The notes under the pieces are model-generated. The model made no database searches and had not been told where the DNA came from. It saw nothing but the letters and a program-made list of their open reading frames with translations. A stretch of 64,000 nucleotides of DNA from Podarcis pityusensis (taxonomy: Eukaryota), in the NCBI GenBank assembly GCA_964106645.2, contig OZ067038.1, one strand, 5' to 3'. The position numbers and the translations under genes are program-made. Below, piece by piece: positions 51,449 through 64,000 of this stretch; the stretch's first letter is position 1; each line of letters starts with the position of its first letter.

Positions 51449-52793
51449 TATTAAAATGTCTGGTTAACTTTTAATGCTTCCAGGGAGTGCTCAAGGTTAT
51501 ATTACTTGCAGATAAACGGAGATGCTCCCAGAATAGCTCTGATAAAATGCACATGGCATCGGCTAGTCGCTGATGACTTTTTAAGGGAATCAGCTGCTGG
51601 GGTATCCGTTACACTGCAGATCTGGACCACTTGCCTGCTGTCAGTCAAACCTGGGGTGGTTATTTTTGGAATGTGACATTTCACAGGCATACTTTCGAAA
51701 TACTAATGATACAAAAGTCATATAAGATTACCGTTTGGATAAACAGCAATTTCCCCCGCTACATTAAGGTAGAGAAGAAAACAAATTGGGGACTGAAACA
51801 TCTATGCTATGGAATTAAGTCACCTTAAGTAGTCTTTGCTTTCTTTCCTTTTAGCTCAGTTCTTTCTGCTTCAGATAATGTGAGGAACCCAACTTGGAAA
51901 ATGACGTAAAGTCATCTAAATATTCTCAATTTAAAACTAAGCGTTGCAACGAATTCATGTAAAGGAATTCACTTGTTAGAAATCTGGAAGTTTTAACTAT
52001 TTAAGAAGAAAGGGGGCCATATGCAGAAAAAGGCAGCATGTTCATATTGCTATTATGAAGCTTTCTATTATTATCTCAGTGGAATTCTGCTGTCTGAACT
52101 TACAGGCATAGGAGTTTTTAAGATAGCTCAGAGAAATAGGCCTCCCATATGCCACTAGTAAAATCTCTGGTACCTCAGTTTGTAGTTTTGTGGGAATTCA
52201 TTAAAGATATCGGAATACTGATCCTGCCTCTTTTATGATAAATCCAGCAGGCAAGTAAATACAGAGGGATATTATAGGTCCTGCATACTGAGTTGAATTA
52301 TTACATGGCTGTATGCTTTTTTTATGTGGTTTGCCAGAAAATGAGGACATTGTGTTTTACCAACAAATGTTTTAGGGGTGGGGTGGGGTCAGATTTTGCA
52401 CCTTCCTGCAGTTGTTCAAACCATCAGTGTCAGTTATCTTATAGCCTAGCTCACATTTCACAGGGCTCCTCACTCTCTAACCTAGATTCAACTGTGCTGC
52501 CTGTATGTTTTACAAGTACATTTTTATTCTGCTTCCCCCCACCTCTCCCCACAGAGTTCATCTTTTGTATGAAAGGAAACTATCAAGCATTCTAAGGAGG
52601 TTCTTTTTAAACACTTCTAAATTTCCACATAGACTGAAGATTTCCAGTACACTTTAATGGTCACTCATTTAAAGGCACGTGGAATGGGGAAATGATACTA
52701 GCACTTTAGGGCAGTCTTGTGATTTTGAATAAAATCATTTCCTCCCACCCTCCACCCCTCCATTTTCACTTCTGGTTTGAGAAGGGCTTAAGG

Positions 52794-52998
52794 CAGAGCT
52801 TTCCAAATGGTGAATCGCAACACGTTTGTGTGTCGGCTGCAGCGTGTAGGTGTGTCGCGTAACGCTCCCTGAGCTCATTCCGGAGCTGGAAAGGGCTTAG
52901 TTTAACCTCCGGTTTGCTAGTAAAGCCGGATTACTGTGTTGCGAAATGATGCATGTCTGAAAAGGGTGTCACTGACATGAAAAGTTAGGGAAGCTCTG
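52794..52998. mobile_element. hAT (Charlie-like) MITE in TTN intron 1 with a perfect 8-bp TSD
   Basis: GCTTAAGG|CAGAGCTTTCC...GGAAGCTCTG|GCTTAAGG. Confidence 0.85.
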
Positions 52999-53503
52999 GC
53001 TTAAGGAGTGCAGCAAATGTCAGATAATAAAGCAATAGCAGCATGAGATAGGAGGCTCTTAAGCGGCGTGCTTATTTCCATTTGGCAATATGGACTGTCC
53101 TTCCTTGCAGGTTTTTAAGCAGAGGTTGGATGGCTGTCTGTCATGGATGCTTTAGCTGAGATTCCTGCATTGCAGGGGGTTGGACTAGATGACCCCCCAG
53201 CATCCCTTGCAGCTCCATGATTCTATGTGCAGCTCCCTTTAAGCCGTTTGCAACCAGGTCACTCACTGTGCTAATCAGAGCTGTAGATAGTCGGGATAAC
53301 TACAATGCATCAACCTCCATAAAATGCTGCTATTAGGGTGTGACTCAGTCAAGAATGTCATCAGTGGAAATCACTCCATAGGGAAGTGTAGGGCAAAGAG
53401 TTTCATGTCACCTGGTCATGCTCTCTATGCTCAGGACTTCAGAAGGATCGACATCTCACATACGCTTTTTATTTCCGTCTTTCTTTTCAGAGTGCCTTTA
53501 AAG

Positions 53504-53594
53504 ATGTCAACCAAAGCGCCGACGTTCACGCAGCCGTTACAAAGCGTTGTGGCACTGGAGGGTAGTGCCGCAACCTTTGAGGCTCACATTAGTG
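53504..53594 (+). CDS. TTN: TTN exon 2 coding part (exon 53491-53594; MSTKAPTFTQPLQSVVALEGSAATFEAHISG), start of Ig Z1
   Basis: Titin N-terminus; TTTTCAG acceptor, 13-nt UTR, 91 coding nt, G|GTAAGG donor. Confidence 0.97.
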
Positions 53595-56500
53595 GTAAGG
53601 CTTTTATCTCGCAATCATGGCTTCCCTTTTCGTTTGCTGGTTTCTCCAAACACCATGGTCAAGGGGCTCAGTGTTTCTCCTGTGTATCAGATCATCTGAC
53701 GTGTGGGGGGGGGGGCTTTCTTATACTCCCTCTGTTTCCATCCCACACTGGTCCCCTGCCTGCTTGCACCGGGGTGATGGCGGTGACTGACTGCACTAGT
53801 GGTGGCCCACTGAGGGAGGATCAGATGAAGGGTTTGATTATTAGGATTATCATCATCAACAACATCAGCGTATTAGGTGTCTTCATGGGGGTTTAGCTCC
53901 CCCTATGGTGCAAAGGCATAAAACGTCAAAGGCAACGTTGGTTCTTCCTCCACTGACGCCTCAGTTTGACACCACATGATTCCATAAGAACATCATGAGA
54001 GCCTGGAATATCAGGCCAAAGGCCCATCTAGTCCAGTATCCTGTTTTCACAGTGGCCAACCAGATGCCTGTGGAAAAACCCTCAGGCAGGGCCCAAACAC
54101 AAGAGTACACCTGCTTCCTGCAGCTTCCAGAAACTGATGTTCAGAAGCATTACTGCCTCCACCGATAGAGGCAGATACCAGTCCTCCTTGAGTATCCTTT
54201 TTTCCCTATCCTGAGGAAAACTTCAGCCCTAAGCTAAGATGGCGGAAATGGACTGCTTCAGGGAAGACTTTCCCTGTTAGTTGGTAGAGTGAGAAATATA
54301 GTTGTCAATGTACAGCAAGGCTTTAGTCTGACCATTCACATTCCTGTGGGGACTACTTTGCATAATTTATTTACCACGTAAAGGTTTCTCACACACCATG
54401 CATTTAAAGGACTCTTATACCTCTTTGACAGTCATTACTTCCACCCAAGTAATCCTGGGAACAGTGGTTTGTTAGGGGGTGCTGAGAGGTGAGGGGTTTT
54501 TTTGGGTGGGGGGTTTAATTCGACAGTATATACTATATACAGTCAAGGCGCACCATTGTGAAATACTTCAGTTAATTAAGTTCCTTCCTTCTCTGTGAGT
54601 TACAGTTTAGCAGATAAAGAACCAGTTCACATCATGGTAAACTGGCACTACACAGTAAATAAAGTACCCCGAACCTGCCTAAAGAATGTTCTTTCAATCC
54701 TCCCTGCTTGCACTGGAAGGACACAAACCATGATCCTTGGCTTATGGATACATCCAAGCCAGTGTTTGTGGTTTGTTTCTCATTCTGAAAAAGTACAGTT
54801 GTAAGCCAAAAGCACATTTTGGCAAGAGATCATGGTTTACTAGAGTGAAAACTTAGAATAGTGGAGGTGAAAGGGAGTCAAACCATGATCTCTGGTTTGG
54901 ATGTAATGGTAAGCCAAGATTCATGGTTTGTTGCCTCTGCACAGTAGCAAGGGAGAATGAAGCATAAAGAGGAAGGCACAATCAAGATAAATATCTATGG
55001 CAGTGGGCCATTCTGGAGGAGAGAATAATTGGGGTCTTGATGCTCTGCATCTTTACTCAGAGTGGCTGTCCAGGAAAAGCTACTTGCTGACTAGAGTGGG
55101 TGGTGGTGATGCAGCTGCCACAGGCTGAAATAGCTGGTGATGGGATGAATCGGCAGTAAGCTGGTTTTAGAACGTAGAAGGGGAGCCCCGCTGGATCACA
55201 CCAAAGGCTGGAGTTCCATGACTGAATCCCTTAAATCTTAAGCTTCCACAAAATCATGCTCCAAAGTGGCCCAAATTCATCCAAGTCTCTGTCCACAAAG
55301 CCAGATTTCACTATGGCAGGTCCTGTTTTAGATGTGCTGCAGGCATTGCCAGGCCAAATGAGATCATGGTGCAGCTTATAGCAGCCCACATGTTTTAAAG
55401 TTAAGGGCCATATTACTGGAACTGAACACGATGTGGAAATACCCCATGACTCAGAATACATACCTTAGGTAGATCATAGGCCACACATTGGGCATAGGCA
55501 ACATAATATATATTTATTCCCATGCATAGCCATGATACATGAGCCACAGTATAATAGAAGAACCAGCCTAAGATACATGAGCAGCCTTGCCAGGACTCGG
55601 TTCTGTGCTGCTGGAAGTTTTCCCCCATAGCCCCTCCTGCAAAGTCCTATCTGTGTGGCTTCATTTCCCCCTATGCCCCCATCCTTGCTTACTCTAATTC
55701 CTTCTTCTGAGCTAGAAACTATATATTTTGCAGTGTGAGCCAGGGCAAGGCAGGCAATCCTTCCTGGGACCATTGATTTGTGTATTCGCCTGTGGGAATC
55801 TATATTGCCTAACACTTACTTGAAAGTAAATTCTATTGCCTTTATACCCAAAGGCTAAGCTTGAAGTGTTGGTGGCGACAGTCTCATGAGTTTAAACATG
55901 GAACTGCCTCGATCTCTCACACACAAAAGGAAAGGGGCATTTTAAACAAAAGGGGCATAGAGGGATGCTTACCTCTCTGCAGCCCCTCTGCCCAAACACC
56001 TTTTCTCTCTGCTGAGGTCACTTCTAGTATCAGAACTCAGCCGTGGTGGGTGTGGCGATCTCTTGGTCACAGAAGCTGCACTCAGTGCTAGATTTATACA
56101 CAAGCTCAGTTTAGCTGCATTTTATGGCCTCTGATTATAAGGGGCCCCTATATATAAAAAGAAATGGGTGGGATTCAGCTAAACTGTTGCATGCATGGAA
56201 CCATGTTCCCTATTCTTTCCCGGCAATCCCCAAATCAGCAATGAAAGGTTTGGAGGAAGTCCCATTGTGCAAGTGGATCTTGTTCCTCAAAGCACATTGC
56301 CCACTTAGTACCATATTCCACCAATTCTGCTCATTAAACGTAAAAGCCATTTCATATACAACAAACAGGCCTATTGCAAGATATACCATACGTTCTAGTT
56401 AAATTGTTAGTTTTCAGTTGCATTCTCGCCTATGCACCAGTGTATATGCATGCACAGATATTTATGATTTCTGTTGTCCTTTCTGTTAGAATGATACATT

Positions 56501-58497
56501 TTGTGTGTGCGTGTGACGGTCTGGGTCCTCTTAAACCTGACATACGGTAGTTTAGGACCTCAGCATGCCTTAATCTGGCCTTAGATGCAGTGAGGTATAT
56601 CATAACGGGGGGCGGAGGGCTTCTCAACTGAGCTCCTATTTTGCTGTCCGAGTCAAAGTAGGGTTTGCCTGGCTAAAATAGACCTTGAAGGGTGATAATT
56701 CCTGTGAGAGGTCTGTGGGATTGGTGAGAGTATGAAAGCTACTGGTGTTTGCATGGCTAGAATGTAGCCTATCATATGTACCTAAGAGTCAAACCCATTG
56801 TGTCCCCCATTTTTGCCTCTGGCCATTCCCACTATTTGCATGTGGCACCCAGAAGGTTGCACGTAAGAGAATGTGACTCTCAGTCTGAAAAATGTTCCCC
56901 ACTCCCCATCTTATGGGTTAAGATTCCTTTTATCCCTCAAATTTATTCCATCTGCCACATTCACTGGACTGCTTGGTATATCAGTGAGACCAGAGCATGG
57001 TAGCACAGGCTGGGTGTATTTTCCTAGGCTCTCTGTATCACAGAGAGAGCTAGTTTTCTGAAACCGTTTCTCTTTTGCTTGTGTCTCCAATCCAGTCCTT
57101 TGCACAAAGTAATCTTATTGTTAACACTAACTCACATGGCAAGGTGTTGTAAATCCCTCCTTCCCCAAAGCCGCTCATCAGTTTGGACAGGGCTGACAGT
57201 GATTCAGGATTTGGGTTTCTAATGCACTAAAATCTGTGAGCAATTTTTATCTCTTGAAATCTGAGCCCCTAAATCACCAAAGAAGGATAACTTCGCACTT
57301 GCAATTCTTTCCCTCTTCTCTATAATCAGGCATTTAAAATTTAGTCTTTCTCTACCTATGATAATGCAAAACCGGACTACATATCTATATTTACAGGTCA
57401 AATATTAAAGTTAGGTTGTAAACTGTATATTAATGTCAGCAAATCGGGGCTTTCCCCCCAAATTATCGCAAAATATTATCTTTCAGACTACAACATAAAG
57501 CTGTTACTTTATTTATATTATACATCACATTTCTAAGTGATCATAGCACTTTTACATGCATCCGCTAAGTCTTGCAAAAATTATGTGATGTAGGGCCAGC
57601 ACAAAACATTTTACCGCCTGAGGCAAAGGACAAAATGATGACCCATCTCCACACCATTCCATATATAGAAGCCAATTGTGCTGGCCAGTTGAATCTTATT
57701 TCAGTACTGTTAGCAGGATAGACTCTAACCCTCCGCTGCCCCTGAGGACAACAGCTTATACAGCAGGACAGGCCATATAGCACATGTATAGTTTATGTCC
57801 TCCAACAATGGAGAATGGTTGATGGTGCTCAGAAGGTTTCCTTACTCTGGCTAACAATAGGGTTGGCCTTAGCCAGAACAAGTATCCCTTCATTACAGGT
57901 GGGAAGCTAAAGTTGACTGTTGCTTCCTTAAGATTACCTAGTATATTCACAGAGAGCCTGAGACTTGAAACAGGGACTTCAAGTGTTCTAATTTTACCTC
58001 CTATGCTGCTGGATATGGAATTCCCTTATAATGCAACCACTTTATAGGGTATAGTGCAAATGTGCAAATAATTTCAACTCCTTCAGTTTTCTTGAACTAT
58101 CCCTTTTAAAAAAAAAGATTAAGCAATACAAGTTAAATTCTACTTGTCACCTAGGAAAGCTACCTTCTAATCATCTGCATCTCAGCTATTCTTTCAGTTG
58201 AAAATTTAGATGGAAATATTGAGAGTTTATTATAATTAATTATTAAAAGGTGGAAAAGAAGATTGCCAGATGGCCCCAACTGCATAGACAACAGAAATGA
58301 ATATTGACATGTTCTGGCAATCAAGGGCACAGCCAGCATTGGTTTTCTCAAAATGCAATATCCTTCAAATCACATTCTTCTTGCCTAATCAGGATCTGAG
58401 GCCCTATGTCATTTGAAAACTTCATGGGTGACAATCAGTGATATTTGGCAACCTTATTAACAACACTAACACTTTAACTGTCTTTCTCCTGCTAAAG

Positions 58498-58701
58498 GTT
58501 CCCCAGTTCCTGAGGTGAGCTGGTATCGGGATGGTCAGGTTATTTCTGCTGCAACTCTGCCCGGTGTGCAGATCTCATATAGCGATGGCCGCGCTAAACT
58601 TGTGATCTCTGCCGTGACAGCCGCTAACAGTGGAAGATACACCCTACAAGCCACCAATGGATCTGGACAAGCAACTAGCACCGCTGAACTACTTGTAACA
58701 G
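58498..58701 (+). CDS. TTN: TTN exon 3 (rest of Ig Z1)
   Basis: PVPEVSWYRDGQVIS...ANSGRYTLQATNGSGQATSTAELLVT; 204 nt; AAG|GT acceptor and G|GTATGT donor. Confidence 0.97.
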
Positions 58702-59027
58702 GTATGTTGCAATTAGGGGAATATAAACAGTTGGCACTTTCCTTCTGACACCTGCCAACCCAGTGAGATGACCCACAAATACTACTTTTTAGAAGCATGA
58801 AATTAAGAAAGGCGCAAGAGATCAACACCATTAAGCAAGCTGCTTCATCTCCTTCCCCACTTCTAAATCCTACTCTGTATTCAAAGACTACATCATTATA
58901 AGATTATTCATATTTAGTTTACCCCTTAATCCTAAATACTTTTGCTTGGAAGTAAGGACCAGTCAACTATAGGATACATGAGGCCTGCACATGATGTCCC
59001 CAAGATGCACATGTAAATCAGCAGTAG

Positions 59028-59437
59028 TAATAATAATAATAATAATAATAATAATTTATTATTTATACCCCCGCCCATCTGGCTGGGTCCCCCCAGCCAC
59101 TTTGGGCGGCTTCCAACAAAGGTTAAAAATACATTAAAGCATCAGTCATTAAAAACTTCCCTAAACAGGGCTGTCTTCAGATGTCTTCTAAACGTCAGAT
59201 AGTTATTTATCTCTTTGACATCTGATGGGAGGGCGTTCCACAGGGTGGGTGCCACTACCGAGAAGGCCCCTCTGCCTGGTTCCCTGTAACTTCACTTCTT
59301 GCAGTGTTGACTTCTTGCAGTGAGGGAACTTGACTTCTTGCAGTGAGGGAACCAACAGAAGGCCCTCAGAGCTGGACCTCAGTGTCTGGGCAGAACGATG
59401 GGGGTGGAGACACTCCTTGAGGTATACTGGGCAGAGG
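59028..59437 (-). mobile_element. L2-clade LINE 3' fragment with a small internal tandem duplication (GACTTCTTGCAGTG, about 59293-59352)
   Basis: Reverse complement of the 63000-63416 copy. Confidence 0.8.
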
Positions 59438-60237
59438 CAACAGATTTGTGTTCACTGGACCCCCATGAACCTTTTCCCTTGAAAAGGATATAATTATCCA
59501 AAGAATCAAGCATTTGTGTTCATATAACATATTACTTTATGTATATTTATGTGTATTGTTCAGCACATGTAGACAGAATTTCCAAAAGGCAAAGTACAGG
59601 TGTTTCAGGAGACAAATATCCTTACAGCCAGAGAATGTAAAGTCTCTGGGTGCATGTTTTGATCCTGCCTCATAATTTGTGAATAATATTTAACATACCA
59701 GAAGCTACGCTGATTTTAGTGGAACTACTTAACCGATACAAAGAAATCCCTTTGTTTTCTGATCATCTCAACTGATGTTTTTCTTGTAAGAGTTTGCCAC
59801 TGAAATGCTTCAGTCAAAACTGACACAATAATTTCCTCTGATTTAGTGACACTATACTTATAAATAGGATCAAAATAACAACGTTTTAAAATAATAATAA
59901 TTCAATTTTGTTGCCGCAAAGGTATATGAAAGATAAAATCAGGGAGTCCTTTACTGGAACAATTATTGATAATCTTTAATACATAGTTAATATTTTAACA
60001 CATGGATGGGTGAACTCTGGCCCTCCAAATGCTATTGGACTTCCAACTCCCATCAGTCATAGCTAGTGTGGCCAATGGGCAGAGATGATGGGACTTGTAG
60101 CCTGGTAATGTCTGAAAGACCACAGGTTGGCCACTCCTGTTTTAACATAATTTTAATACAATCGATTAAAATGACCAGGAACTGGTCTTTTTTGTTCCCC
60201 TCTTATCTGAGCATGCTTCTTGTTCTTTAAACCACAG

Positions 60238-60525
60238 CTGAAACAGCGCCACCCAACTTTTCACAACGACTACAGAGCACAACAGCAAGACAAGGAAGTC
60301 AAGTTCGACTTGACGTGAGAGTGACTGGAATCCCTACACCTGTGGTGAAGTTCTATCGGGATGGAGCAGAAATTCAAAGCTCCCCTGATTTCCAAATTTT
60401 ACATGAAGGAGACCTCTACAGTTTAATAATTGCAGAAGCTTACCCCGAAGACTCCGGCACCTATTCAGTAAATGCCACAAATAGCGTGGGACGAGCAACT
60501 TCAACAGCCGAACTTCTGGTTCAAG
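60238..60525 (+). CDS. TTN: TTN exon 4 (Ig Z2)
   Basis: ETAPPNFSQRLQS...AYPEDSGTYSVNATNSVGRATSTAELLVQ; 288 nt, phase 1/1. Confidence 0.97.
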
Positions 60526-61317
60526 GTAATAATAGATCAGAAGTGTGTCAGCCACACACACACACAAAAAACCCCCACATACCTACTATATCATCATGGC
60601 AGTGCCTACACGGCTATTACTGTTCCGTCAACAGATCCATCAACATCGTGTCTCTCAAGCATTTGTAACTGGGTTGTAAAAAAATTTGCTCCAGACTGAA
60701 ACTTATCCTAAAATACCTCAGCGTGAGAGAAAGTATTTCTTCACCCTCCTACCCCTCAATCATCAACATAGCTGTTTGCAGTTCTTCCCCTTTTTGTATA
60801 CAAAAATAATAATTAGGCATCGCTTACATATGTGTTAGGCAAAAGGTTTATCTTTGTCATTGAATCCATTTCTCCTATAATTTTTTGAAAGTTGTTTTGC
60901 TATAAAAACCCAGCAAAGCATGGTTTGATTTCTTATCTTCAGGGCTTGTCCTGTTGTGTATTGTCGCTTCATAATGACTCACTTGGAAATATGCTTACAG
61001 GCACTCCAGTGGGGGAATCTCATATATCACATGAGATTTCCCATCAGGCTAGGGATACATGAGTAGGAGCTTGTTCCCATGTGCACATTGGTCCCAGCTG
61101 GACTGGGGGAGCTCTGCACAGTGCCCAACTAATGCATCCCATCAGCAAAAGGATTTATACGTATACAACAGGACTCCCCCCCCCACTTCCTCTAGGTGCA
61201 GGTATATCCTTAGTTATACAGGTTAGATTCAAGAAAGCACATGAAACTTGGTGAAACTGAGCCAAATATTTGGAAGCCACCAAATAATACTTTCACACAG
61301 AACATATTTCTATGTTT

Positions 61318-61870
61318 CATAGAATCATAGAATCATAGAGTTGGAATAGACCACAAGGGCCATCGAGTCCAACCCCCTGCCAAGCAGGAAACACCATCAG
61401 AGCACTCCTGACATATGGTTGTCAAGCCTCTGCTTAAAGACCTCCAAAGAAGGAGACTCCACCACACTCCTTGGCAGCAAATTCCACTGTCGAACAGCTC
61501 TTACTGTCAGGAAGTTCTTCCTAATGTTTAGGTGGAATCTTCTTTCTTGTAGTTTGGATCCATTGCTCCGTGTCCACTTCTCTGGAGCAGTAGAAAACAA
61601 CCTTTCTCCCTCCTCTATATGACATCCTTTTATATATTTGAACATGGCTATCATATCACCCCTTAACCTCCTCTTCTCCAGGCTAAACATGCCCAGCTCC
61701 CTTAGCCGTTCCTCATAAGGCATCGTTTCCAGGCCTTTGACCATTTTGGTTGCCCTCCTCTGGACACGTTCCAGTTTGTCAGTGTCCTTCTTGAACTGTG
61801 GTGCCCAGAACTGGACACAGTACTCCAGGTGAGGTCTGACCAGAGCAGAATACAGTGGCACTATTACTTC
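61318..61870 (-). mobile_element. Young CR1 LINE 3' fragment
   Basis: Uninterrupted ORF2 C-terminus ([20 protein letters not shown]...LEVFKQRLD) and (ATTCTATG)n tail. Confidence 0.95.
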
Positions 61871-62212
61871 AGTCATTGTTTCAGTCATTTTGTTTTTCTA
61901 GGCTTTATATGACATGCTGCCATGATTCTGAAACATCAATGTCTTCATTATTATGCATCACACAATTGGCCTAATTACATAGTTGTACAAAAAGACTAAT
62001 CTTATATCAACAGTTCCTCCATTAATTGTCTAGATGCCCAAGAAAAACAGATGGCAGGATTTTGGGGGTTTTTTGTGGTTTTTTTTACTGGTGGTGTTTA
62101 TATGTGAACATAAAAAATTGGAACAACAGATTTTATTCTCCCACACACACACACACAAAACCAATTAATGCTTATATTGCAATTTAAGAGTTTGGTTTCC
62201 CTTTCTTATTAG

Positions 62213-62304
62213 GTGAGGAAGAAGCTGTTCCCGCTAAAAAGACAAAGACAATTGTTTCGACTGCTCAGATTACACAAGCTACAAGACAAACTAGAGTTGA
62301 AAAG
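62213..62304 (+). CDS. TTN: TTN exon 5 (GEEEAVPAKKTKTIVSTAQITQATRQTRVEK)
   Basis: TTAG|GT acceptor, AAG|GTTTGT donor, 92 nt, phase 1/0; contains the PAKKTK NLS-like motif. Confidence 0.95.
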
Positions 62305-62396
62305 GTTTGTATTTTGGCAGGCGGGTTTACTGGAAGTTTTCAGGATGCCTGTGTTTATTGCTGCAGATTCTCCTGACTGTTTATTTGCATTTGCAG

Positions 62397-62644
62397 AAGA
62401 TAGAAGCCCACTTTGACGCCAGAACACTTGCAACTGCTGAGATGGTTATAGAAGCGAGTGCCACTGGGCAACAGCTGCCACACAAGGCTCCTCCGCGGAT
62501 GCCACCGCGGCCTACCTCTAAATCACCGACTCCGCCAATAATTGCTGCCAAAGTACAGATGGCACGACAGCAGTCGCCATCCCCGGTTAGACAGTCGCCA
62601 TCTCCTGTAAGACATGTCAGAGCTCCAACACCATCTCCAGTCAG
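62397..62644 (+). CDS. TTN: TTN exon 6 (KIEAHFDAR...RQQSPSPVRQSPSPVRHVRAPTPSPVR; Zis1 SP repeats)
   Basis: TTGCAG|AAG acceptor, AG|GTAAAC donor, 248 nt, phase 0/2. The gene continues beyond the window. Confidence 0.96.
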
Positions 62645-62999
62645 GTAAACCACTCTAACGCCTATGCAAAGTTCTCTTTCTCCCCAACCTCCCTCTGGCA
62701 ACTTTAATACAAATTGGAATGAGATACACAGAAAATGCTATGGCCTGGAAGCCAATGGTTTGGATAGGTGCATTTGGTTCCATGCCCTTTTTGTTGGGTG
62801 GGAATCCTTAGCAAGGCACACACGCCTTGCGTGTTTCTGTTTCTGTTGTTTAGCAAGAGGGATAAAATATACCAGACAATGAGGTACATTCTCACTTGGA
62901 ACTTAGGGACTCTTTTCTGCACATGGGTAAGATTTCACCTCAGTATGCCCACTAAGCCACTTCAACCTATGGCACTGAAACCTACATTGGCTCCCAGTA

Positions 63000-63371
63000 T
63001 GTTTCCGAGCACAATTCAAAGTGTTGGTGCTGACCTTTAAAGCCCTAAATGGCCTCGGCCCAGTATACCTGAAGGAGCGTCTCCACTCCTATCGTTCTGC
63101 CCGGACTCTGAGGTCCAGCTCCAAGGGCCTTCTGGCGGTTCCCTCACTGTGAGATGTGAGGTTACAGGGAACCAGGCAGAGGGCCTTCTTGGTGGTGGCG
63201 CCCACCCTGTGGAACTCCCTCCCATCAGATGTCAAGGAAATAAACAACTCTCTGACTTTTAGAAGATATCTGTTTAGGGAAGTTTTTAATGTTTGATGTT
63301 TCATCATGTTTTTTATATACTGTTGGGAGCCACCCATAGTGGCTGGGGGAAACCCAGCCAGATGGGTAGGG

Positions 63372-63416
<45 letters not shown>
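63000..63416 (+). mobile_element. L2-clade LINE 3' fragment with (TAA)n tail
   Basis: VLVLTFKALNGLGPVYLKERL...RAFLVVAPTLWNSLP remnant. Confidence 0.82.
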
Positions 63417-63417
<1 letters not shown>

Positions 63418-64000
63418 TTATTTGCAAATGCCACATAATGGTCAGTCCACACTTGCAAGAATTCATCTCTCAGTTTAGCAGCTCCTACTCTCTGTATCTC
63501 CCTTGCTCACTGGCATTAGGCAATTGCCTTCACTGTATTCTTTCCAGCACCTCTAGAAACGTTTCTCTCTAGGCAAGCCTACCCAGACACATAAAACTCA
63601 CATGTATCTCAATCTGCAATTTTAGTCTATGGTGCGATTATATTCATATTTTGATTTAAAACAAACGAAAACCTTGTTTTAAACTTTAGTTATTATTGAC
63701 AGTTTTCATGTACGTTCTATAGCCTTTGTAAACGACTTGGAGATTTTTTAGACAATCAAGCAGCCTGCAAATTTTGTTAAAGAAAAGTTAAATAAATTTA
63801 TTATGTGTATGTGATAGCAATGATTTGGGGGTGGGGGGAACAATTGCTTACTTCATAGATAACCTACCTCTGAGAAGATATATAAATACAACATTGATGC
63901 AACAGTGTCCCCTGCAGGACACAGTTCTGCTTTTTATTCTCCTCTGAATAAGTCGATTTTACAAATAAGTATTGAGCCCACACTGCTGTTATTCAGAGTC

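Noticed and set aside
53324-53896. 190-aa ORF containing the titin start
   Set aside because: Only 53491-53594 is exonic, bounded by clear splice sites; the flanks are intron sequence that happens to be open.

Overview
Eukaryotic intron-rich DNA from a squamate reptile, most likely a lacertid-type lizard (inferred from Sauria SINEs, BovB, CR1, L2 and Squam3-like repeats; the species cannot be fixed from the sequence alone). On the + strand it holds the last 17 coding exons of CCDC141 (2-30684; about 1137 codons of spectrin-like/coiled-coil sequence, an Ig I-set domain and a C-terminal hydrophobic tail). These are followed by the promoter, non-coding exon 1 and coding exons 2-6 of titin (TTN; Z1, Z2 and the start of the Zis1 SP-repeat region). 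The main observation lies between the two genes: three intact exons (42555-42709, 42809-42938, 43028-43184) encoding an extra titin-like Ig I-set domain plus a linker. Their splice phases join an internal donor in the last CCDC141 exon (30595) in frame either to TTN exon 2, giving a CCDC141-titin chimeric ORF, or to a candidate terminal exon at 44273. All exon boundaries were read by hand from GT/AG sites and frame continuity. Comparisons with human sequence are from memory and need to be verified by alignment.
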